Positions 56,943 to 64,000 of a stretch of DNA of 64,000 nt are shown one piece after another. A model generated the notes under the pieces. The model was not told where the DNA came from. It made no database searches and saw only the letters and a list, made by a program, of their open reading frames with translations. A program made the translations under genes and the position numbers. Each line of letters begins with the position of its first letter. Within the stretch, counting starts at the first letter, position 1. The stretch comes from an uncultured bacterium (GTDB taxonomy: Bacteria; Oederibacteriota; PGYV01; CAWJRG01), in the NCBI GenBank assembly GCA_963845185.1, contig CAWJRG010000009.1:536743-600742 (forward strand), given 5' to 3'.

Positions 56943-58616
56943 ATGAAAGGCTCCAAAATACTTCTTGAAAGCTTAAAGAAAGAAGGCGTGGACACGATAT
57001 TCGGCTATCCTGGCGGAGTTGTGCTGCCTTTATTTGACGAGATATATTCCGAAAAAGAAATAAACCTTTATCTTGTGCGGCATGAGCAGGGAGCTGCACA
57101 CATGGCTGACGGATATGCACGCTCGTCCGGCAAGGTTGGTGTATGTCTCGCTACATCAGGCCCTGGTGCGACAAACCTTGTTACCGGCATTGCGACAGCA
57201 TATATGGATTCCATTCCTATAGTTGCCTTGACGGGTCAGGTTGCCACAAACCTCATTGGAAATGACGCTTTTCAGGAAGCTGACATTACAGGCATTACAC
57301 GGCCAATTGTAAAGCATAATTACATTGTAAAAGATGTGCAGCATCTCGCGCAGACTGTGAAGAATGCTTTTTATATAGCTAGGACAGGCAGGCCCGGGCC
57401 TGTTGTCATTGACTTGCCAAAGGACGTGTTTACTACAGAGGCGGATTTTGTTTATCCTGAAAGGCCAAACCTTCGCGGCTATAAGCCGACTTATGAAGGC
57501 AATAAAATGGCCATAAAAAAGGCTGTAGAAATGATTGACAAATCCGAGAAGCCGCTTTTATATGTGGGCGGTGGCGTGGAGCTTTCAAACGCTTCTTCTG
57601 AACTTATGGAATTTGTTGAAAAGACAGGCATACCGTTTACGACAACTTTGATGGCAATGGATGTCGCTCCGTACGATCATCCGCTGAACATGAATATGCT
57701 CGGTATGCACGGTACAAAATACGCGAATTACGCCGTGCAGCAGGCTGACCTTTTGATAGCGGTAGGCGCGCGTTTTGACGACAGAGTTACAGGGAAGGTG
57801 GAGGAATTCGCATCTCACGCAAAAATAATTCATATAGACATAGACCCGTCATCCGTCAGCAAGATTATAAGGGTTGACGTGCCTGTCGTTGGCGACGCTA
57901 AATATGTTTTAAAGGAAATGACCACTATGGTGAAAAAAATAGACAGAAAAAAATGGGACGAACAGGTGCAGCAGTGGAAGAAGGAATTCCCGCTTGTGTA
58001 CAAACAAAACGGCGACATCATAAAACCGCAGTATGTCATTGAGAAGATTTCCGAGATTACAGGCGGAGACTGTATAATAACAACCGAAGTGGGTCAGAAC
58101 CAGATGTGGACCGCTCAGTTTTTTAAATTCAAAAGGCCAAGGACTTTTTTAACGTCAGGAGGCCTTGGCACTATGGGCTACGGGTTCCCGGCAGCTCTGG
58201 GCGCGCAGGCCGCAAACCCGGGAAAACTGGTAATAGACATTGCGGGCGACGGCTCCATACAGATGAATATACAGGAAATGGCAACAGCCGTTAAATATAA
58301 CCTTCCTGTGAAAATAGCGATATTAAACAACGGGTACCTTGGAATGGTAAGGCAGTGGCAGGAGCTTTTTTACGGCAAGAGATATTCGCACACGCATATA
58401 GAGCACAGCGTTGATTTTGTTAAACTAGCCGAAGCCTACGGTGCGAAAGGCATACGCGTTGACAAAAAAGACGCGGTTGAAAGCTCGTTAAAGGAAGCGT
58501 TCAACCATAAAGGCCCGGTCATGATTGATTTTGTGGTGGAACAGGAAGAAAACGTTTATCCCATGGTGCCGACAGGCGCTGCTTTACATTCAATGCTGGA
58601 CGGCGGATTGGCATAA
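56943..58616 (+). CDS. ilvB: Acetolactate synthase large subunit (an in-frame ORF extends upstream to 56778)
   Basis: TPP-enzyme motifs [12 protein letters not shown] and [14 protein letters not shown] at 56943 follows aaaaggag. The upstream in-frame extension from 56778 encodes a diverged copy of the first 35 residues. Confidence 0.9.
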   Translation: MKGSKILLESLKKEGVDTIFGYPGGVVLPLFDEIYSEKEINLYLVRHEQGAAHMADGYARSSGKVGVCLATSGPGATNLVTGIATAYMDSIPIVALTGQVATNLIGNDAFQEADITGITRPIVKHNYIVKDVQHLAQTVKNAFYIARTGRPGPVVIDLPKDVFTTEADFVYPERPNLRGYKPTYEGNKMAIKKAVEMIDKSEKPLLYVGGGVELSNASSELMEFVEKTGIPFTTTLMAMDVAPYDHPLNMNMLGMHGTKYANYAVQQADLLIAVGARFDDRVTGKVEEFASHAKIIHIDIDPSSVSKIIRVDVPVVGDAKYVLKEMTTMVKKIDRKKWDEQVQQWKKEFPLVYKQNGDIIKPQYVIEKISEITGGDCIITTEVGQNQMWTAQFFKFKRPRTFLTSGGLGTMGYGFPAALGAQAANPGKLVIDIAGDGSIQMNIQEMATAVKYNLPVKIAILNNGYLGMVRQWQELFYGKRYSHTHIEHSVDFVKLAEAYGAKGIRVDKKDAVESSLKEAFNHKGPVMIDFVVEQEENVYPMVPTGAALHSMLDGGLA

Positions 58617-58668
58617 AATTTTGCAGGCAAAATTTTCGGAAGGTTGATAACCGAAAAAGGAGAAAAAT

Positions 58669-59166
58669 ATGGAACTAAAGAAAACGATTTCAATTCTAGT
58701 GGAGAACCAGCCCGGTGTGCTTGCCAGGATAGCAAGCCTTTTCTCAGGCAGGGCTTTTAATATAGACAGCCTTGCGGTCGGAGAAACCGAGGACCCGACT
58801 ACTTCCAGGATGACTATAGTGGCGAAAGGCGATGAGCAGGTTTTGGAACAGATAATGAAACAGCTTAACAAGCTTATAGACGTAATCAAGGTTGTTGACA
58901 TGACTGCGGAAACCCATGTTGAGAGAGAGCTTGCGATAGTAAAAATAAACGCAGGCAAAAAAAAGGCAGACCTCTTGAACATATTCAAGCTTTTCAAGGC
59001 AAAGGTACTGGATGTAGCAAAAGATGCGTATATTGTGGAGGTTACAGGCTCTGACGAAAAGATTAATTCATTCCTGGAATCAGTGGAGGAATTCGGAGTG
59101 AAGGAAATGGTAAGGACAGGCACAATAGCGATGACAAGGACAAAGAAGGCGAAAGCAAATAAATAA
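58669..59166 (+). CDS. ilvN: Acetolactate synthase small (regulatory) subunit
   Basis: ACT domain ISILVENQPGVLARIASLFSGRAFNIDSLAV. Confidence 0.93.
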   Translation: MELKKTISILVENQPGVLARIASLFSGRAFNIDSLAVGETEDPTTSRMTIVAKGDEQVLEQIMKQLNKLIDVIKVVDMTAETHVERELAIVKINAGKKKADLLNIFKLFKAKVLDVAKDAYIVEVTGSDEKINSFLESVEEFGVKEMVRTGTIAMTRTKKAKANK

Positions 59167-60285
<1,119 letters not shown>

Positions 60286-60320
60286 AAGCCTGCTAAATAA
60301 ATAAAACAGAAGGTGATGTC

Positions 60321-61853
60321 ATGAGTACCAATGAAAAGATATTAATTTTTGATACAACTTTACGCGACGGCGAGCAGGTTCCAGGAGCATCTCTAACAAA
60401 AACAGAAAAATTAGAGATAGCGTTTCAGCTCGAAAAGCTTAATGTGGACATTATAGAGGCTGGATTTCCTATATCTTCTCCGGGCGACTTGGAATCTGTC
60501 AGGGAGATAGCTACGCTCGTCAAGAAGCCTATAATAGCAGGGCTTTGCCGTGCGGTAAAAAAAGACATTGATGCCTGTGCTGAAGCTTTTAAAAAGGCAA
60601 AAAAGCCAAGGATACACACATTCATCGGTACTTCACCTCAGCATGTAAAGTTTATCACCAGGACAACTGACGAGGAAGTTTTAAGGCGCTCAATAGAGTC
60701 TGTCAAGTACGCCAGGACTCTGTGCGATGATGTTGAGTATTCTGCAATGGATGCTACAAGGACAGGTTTTGATTACTTGTGCAGGATAGTCGAGGAGACA
60801 ATAAAGGCAGGCGCACAGACAATAGACATACCTGACTCTGTAGGCTACACAACCCCAGAGGAATACGGTGCCTTAATAAAAAAGCTAATGAACACGGTAC
60901 CAAACATAAACAAGGCAGTGATAGCAGTGCATTGCCATAATGACCTTGGCATGGCGACTGCAAACTCGCTTGCTGCTGTAATGAACGGAGCACGCCAGAT
61001 CGAATGTACCATAAACGGGCTTGGCGAGAGGGCCGGAAATGCGTCGCTTGAAGAAGTAGTTATGGCGCTCAAGACAAGGAAAGATGTTTATGGTTTTGAC
61101 ACAAACATAAAAACAGAGGAGATATACAAAGCATCAAAAATGGTCACGCATCTGACAGGCATTCCTGTGCAGCCAAACAAGGCTATAGTAGGTGCAAATG
61201 CTTTTGCGCATGCCTCGGGTATACACCAGGACGCCATACTTAAGGACGAGTCGACTTTCGGCATAATGACGCCGAAGTCAATAGGTATACCGGGCCACGA
61301 GCTTGTGCTTACTAGCCGCTCAGGCAGGCATGCGCTGGCACACAGGCTTGAGTACCTTGGCTTTAAGGTAAAGGAAGAGCAGCTTAACGACATATATACG
61401 AAGTTTTTGACCATAGCAGACAAGAAAAAAGAGGTATTTGACGAGGACCTGCTTTCTTTGATGCCGTCTGAAGGGCAAAAGGGTGCAGATATTTATAAAT
61501 TAAATTATTTGTACGCAGCCACAGGCACAAGCATGATACCTACAGCCACGGTTGAAGTAAAAAAAGGAGATAAAGTTTCCAGGCAGGCTTCTTTAGGGGA
61601 CGGCCCGGTTGACGCGACTTTCAAGGCCATTAACGAGATAGTGAAGGAACACGTTGTCCTGCTTGATTACCAGATAAAATCAGTGACAAAGGGTGAGGAA
61701 GCCCAGGGCGAAGTAACTGTCAGGGTAAAAAAAGGCAATACTGAGGTAAACGGCAGGGGCGTTTCGACCGATATTATTGAAGCGAGTGCAAAGGCTTACC
61801 TCGACGCGCTGTCAAAGCTGGAAAGAGCAAAGGCAGTGAAAATAAGAAAATAA
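60321..61853 (+). CDS. leuA: 2-isopropylmalate synthase (LeuA/CimA family with C-terminal regulatory domain)
   Basis: DTTLRDGEQ and HCHNDLGMATANSLAAV motifs. 510 aa. Confidence 0.9.
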   Translation: MSTNEKILIFDTTLRDGEQVPGASLTKTEKLEIAFQLEKLNVDIIEAGFPISSPGDLESVREIATLVKKPIIAGLCRAVKKDIDACAEAFKKAKKPRIHTFIGTSPQHVKFITRTTDEEVLRRSIESVKYARTLCDDVEYSAMDATRTGFDYLCRIVEETIKAGAQTIDIPDSVGYTTPEEYGALIKKLMNTVPNINKAVIAVHCHNDLGMATANSLAAVMNGARQIECTINGLGERAGNASLEEVVMALKTRKDVYGFDTNIKTEEIYKASKMVTHLTGIPVQPNKAIVGANAFAHASGIHQDAILKDESTFGIMTPKSIGIPGHELVLTSRSGRHALAHRLEYLGFKVKEEQLNDIYTKFLTIADKKKEVFDEDLLSLMPSEGQKGADIYKLNYLYAATGTSMIPTATVEVKKGDKVSRQASLGDGPVDATFKAINEIVKEHVVLLDYQIKSVTKGEEAQGEVTVRVKKGNTEVNGRGVSTDIIEASAKAYLDALSKLERAKAVKIRK

Positions 61854-61945
61854 AGTGTTAAGTGGGAAGTGGTAGGTGGTAAGCAAAAGATTTTTCACAC
61901 ACCACTTAGCACATACCACATATCACTTCGATAAGGAGCAAAACA

Positions 61946-63205
61946 ATGAAGATGACCATAGCTGAAAAAATATTAGCCGCGAAATGCGGCAAGAAATATG
62001 TGGAGCCGGGCGAGCTTATCATAGCCAATGTCGATATAGTATTGGCAAACGACATTACCGCACCTTTTGCCATAAAAGAATTCAGGGCATCGGGCGCGAC
62101 AAAAGTATTTGACAGGAAAAAAATAGTGCTTTTGTCCGACCATTTCACTCCGAATAAGGATATAAAATCAGCGGAGCAGGCAAAAATTCTGCGTGACTTT
62201 GCGCATGAACAGAAGCTCACGCATTATTACGAGCAGGGAGAGGTAGGCATAGAGCACGCCTTATTGCCTGAGCAGGGAGTTGTGGTGCCGGGCGACCTGG
62301 TTATTGGCGCAGACTCACACACGTGCACCTACGGCGCGCTTGGGGCTTTTGCCACAGGCGTCGGCTCGACTGATGTTGCATTTGCCATGATTACAGGCAA
62401 GCTCTGGTTTAAGGTCCCACAATCCATAAAGTTTATTTATAACGGTAAGCTAAAAAAATGGGTAAGTTCAAAGGACCTGATACTTTATACCATAGGAAAG
62501 ATAGGCGTGGACGGAGCCCTTTACAGGGCAATGGAGTTCACAGGACCGGTGATTGACAGCCTTTCTGTTGATGCAAGGCTCACCATGTCAAACATGGCAA
62601 TAGAAGCAGGTGGCAAGGCAGGGCTCATGGAAGCTGACGCCAAAACCATAGCCTATGAAAAAACAAGGGCCGAGAGAAAGTGGAAGGTTTACAGGAGCGA
62701 CAAGGATGCCAAATATGAGAAGGTTATAGAGTTTGACTGCTCAAAAATAGAGCCGCAGGTGTCTTTCCCGCACCTGCCTGAGAATACAAAGCCCATATCA
62801 AAGGTTGGCAACATAAAAATAGACCAGTCTGTTATAGGTTCCTGCACAAATGGCAGGATAGAGGATTTAAGGATAGCAGCAGGCATTTTAAAGGGCAAGA
62901 AGGTGAATTCCAGGGTCAGGTGCCTTATTTTCCCGGGCACACCCGCAATATACCTCCAGGCGCTTAAGGAAGGCCTGATAGAGGCCTTTGTGAAGGCTGG
63001 CGCAGTGGTTTCTCCGCCTACATGCGGCCCATGCCTTGGCGGGCATATGGGCATACTTGCAAAGGGCGAGACAGCCATTTCCACCACAAACAGGAACTTT
63101 GTAGGCAGGATGGGCAGTCCGGGAAGCTTTGTTTATCTTGCTTCACCTGCAATAGCTGCGGCGAGCGCAGTACTTGGCAGGATTGCTTCGCCTGAAGAGC
63201 TGTAA
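61946..63205 (+). CDS. leuC: 3-isopropylmalate dehydratase large subunit (short aconitase-family type)
   Basis: Aconitase-family Fe-S ligand regions ([33 protein letters not shown]). 419 aa. Confidence 0.9.
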   Translation: MKMTIAEKILAAKCGKKYVEPGELIIANVDIVLANDITAPFAIKEFRASGATKVFDRKKIVLLSDHFTPNKDIKSAEQAKILRDFAHEQKLTHYYEQGEVGIEHALLPEQGVVVPGDLVIGADSHTCTYGALGAFATGVGSTDVAFAMITGKLWFKVPQSIKFIYNGKLKKWVSSKDLILYTIGKIGVDGALYRAMEFTGPVIDSLSVDARLTMSNMAIEAGGKAGLMEADAKTIAYEKTRAERKWKVYRSDKDAKYEKVIEFDCSKIEPQVSFPHLPENTKPISKVGNIKIDQSVIGSCTNGRIEDLRIAAGILKGKKVNSRVRCLIFPGTPAIYLQALKEGLIEAFVKAGAVVSPPTCGPCLGGHMGILAKGETAISTTNRNFVGRMGSPGSFVYLASPAIAAASAVLGRIASPEEL

Positions 63206-63317
63206 ATACGTGCAACGTGCGACGTGAGGCGTGCGACGCAAAGATAGTTTTTCGCAGTACGTGGCACACAGCACGCATCACATTTAAAGTAAAGAATAAA
63301 GCAAAAGGAGAATGCTT

Positions 63318-63815
63318 ATGAAGATAACCGGAAAGACGTGGAAGTTCAAGGATGACATTAACACGGATTTGATCATACCTGCAAGATATTTGAATACTTC
63401 TGACCCTGTAGAGCTTGGCAGGCACTGCATGGAAGACGAGGACAAGGACTTTGTGAAGAAGATAGCCAAAGGCGACATCATAGTGGCAGGCAAGAACTTT
63501 GGCTGTGGCTCGTCCAGGGAACATGCTCCTGTGACCATAAAGGCAGCAGGCATATCCTGCGTCATTGCAAAGGACTTTGCCAGGATATTCTACAGGAACT
63601 CGTTTAATATAGGACTACCCATATTCGAGTCAGAAGAGGCGTCAAAAAATATATCCCAGGGCGATAAGGTCGAAATAGACGCTAACAGCGGCATTATAAA
63701 GAATCTGACCAAGGGTGAGGAATATACGGTAAAGCCGATACCGCCTTTTATGCAGGAGCTGGTCAGTGCAGGCGGCCTCATGGCATACGCAAAGAAGAAA
63801 TTCACGATAAAGTAG
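63318..63815 (+). CDS. leuD: 3-isopropylmalate dehydratase small subunit
   Basis: Aconitase swivel-domain sequence [15 protein letters not shown] chose the ATG at 63318 because it has 7-nt spacing from aaaggag. The in-frame ATG at 63312 sits too close to the RBS. Confidence 0.88.
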   Translation: MKITGKTWKFKDDINTDLIIPARYLNTSDPVELGRHCMEDEDKDFVKKIAKGDIIVAGKNFGCGSSREHAPVTIKAAGISCVIAKDFARIFYRNSFNIGLPIFESEEASKNISQGDKVEIDANSGIIKNLTKGEEYTVKPIPPFMQELVSAGGLMAYAKKKFTIK

Positions 63816-63823
63816 ATGGTTTT

Positions 63824-63914
63824 CCCTTCTCCCCTTGAGGGAGAAGGTGAGGATGAGGGGTGCGGAGAAAAGGATTTCACCCTCACCCTGGCCCTCTCCC
63901 GTCGAGGGAGAGGG
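63824..63914. repeat. GC-rich palindromic hairpin cluster (REP-like) between leuD and leuB
   Basis: Hairpins ccttctccc-cttga-gggagaagg (63824-63848), ggtgagg...cctcacc (63846-63887) and ccctctccc-gtcga-gggagaggg (63892-63914). GC-rich islands in AT-rich DNA. Confidence 0.6.
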
Positions 63915-63963
63915 AATTGATTGAGAATAACACATATCACACACTCTCGAGAGGAGAACAGAA

Positions 63964-64000
63964 ATGGCAAAGAGTTACAACATTGCAGTAATGGGCGGAG
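63964..64000 (+). CDS. leuB: 5' end of probable 3-isopropylmalate dehydrogenase (truncated by window end)
   Basis: MAKSYNIAVMGG follows RBS gaggag. Position in the leu operon and an IAV-x-GDG-like start are consistent with LeuB. Only 12 codons are visible. Confidence 0.4.
   Translation, partial: MAKSYNIAVMGG

Noticed and set aside
63590-63970. Minus-strand ORFs encoding GEGQGEGE/PSPSRGEG low-complexity peptides.
   Set aside because: They are generated by the GC-rich palindromic hairpins and by antisense leuD. There is no independent coding evidence.

Overview
This is an AT-rich bacterial chromosomal segment in which nearly every gene is on the + strand. I saw no rRNA, no CRISPR array and no transposase. 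Contents in order:

- **1-2460:** A decayed type I restriction-modification remnant (HsdR C-terminal fragment plus a hypothetical protein), followed by a GC-rich hairpin cluster.
- **2552-11312:** A secreted cellulolytic module. It holds a GH9 cellulase with a CBM9-like domain, a GH5 cellulase with a DUF11-like domain, and a roughly 1370-aa hyper-threonine repeat surface protein. The first and third end in a C-terminal sorting domain that resembles the type IX secretion system (T9SS) / FlgD-Ig-like tail.
- **11443-20147:** The gap-pgk-tpiA-secG operon, an oligopeptide-type substrate-binding lipoprotein, a PQQ beta-propeller protein and argS.
- **20212-30299:** A c-di-GMP signalling cluster (GGDEF, HDOD, GAF-HD-GYP, GAF-GGDEF, GGDEF) interleaved with truA, polA and coaE.
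- **30576-34590:** An ECF sigma factor, a membrane sensor with a CBM-like ectodomain, and a clan GH-A glycoside hydrolase.
- **34796-43484:** A polyamine operon (pdaD-speE-speB) translationally coupled to three GT-C-like membrane proteins (one YfhO-like, two DUF2723 proteins with TPR repeats).
- **43805-49715:** An orphan gene, tRNA-Val(GAC), a GH2 hydrolase, an MFS transporter, cca and a nitroreductase.
- **49789-50893:** rplM-rpsI behind a structured leader.
- **51174-54538:** An NHL-repeat lipoprotein, a frameshifted FGE-sulfatase-family gene, and PH-SHOCT and GGCT-like hypotheticals.
- **54586-64000:** ilvD-ilvB-ilvN-ilvC-leuA-leuC-leuD-(leuB), preceded by a Leu/Val-rich leader-peptide attenuator.

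The most notable signal is a roughly 100-nt structured non-coding element that occurs three times, each ending just 5' of the ribosome-binding site of an unrelated gene (secG, the FGE-like gene, ilvD). Its outer stem shows fully compensatory covariation between copies, so I read it as a candidate undescribed cis-regulatory RNA.
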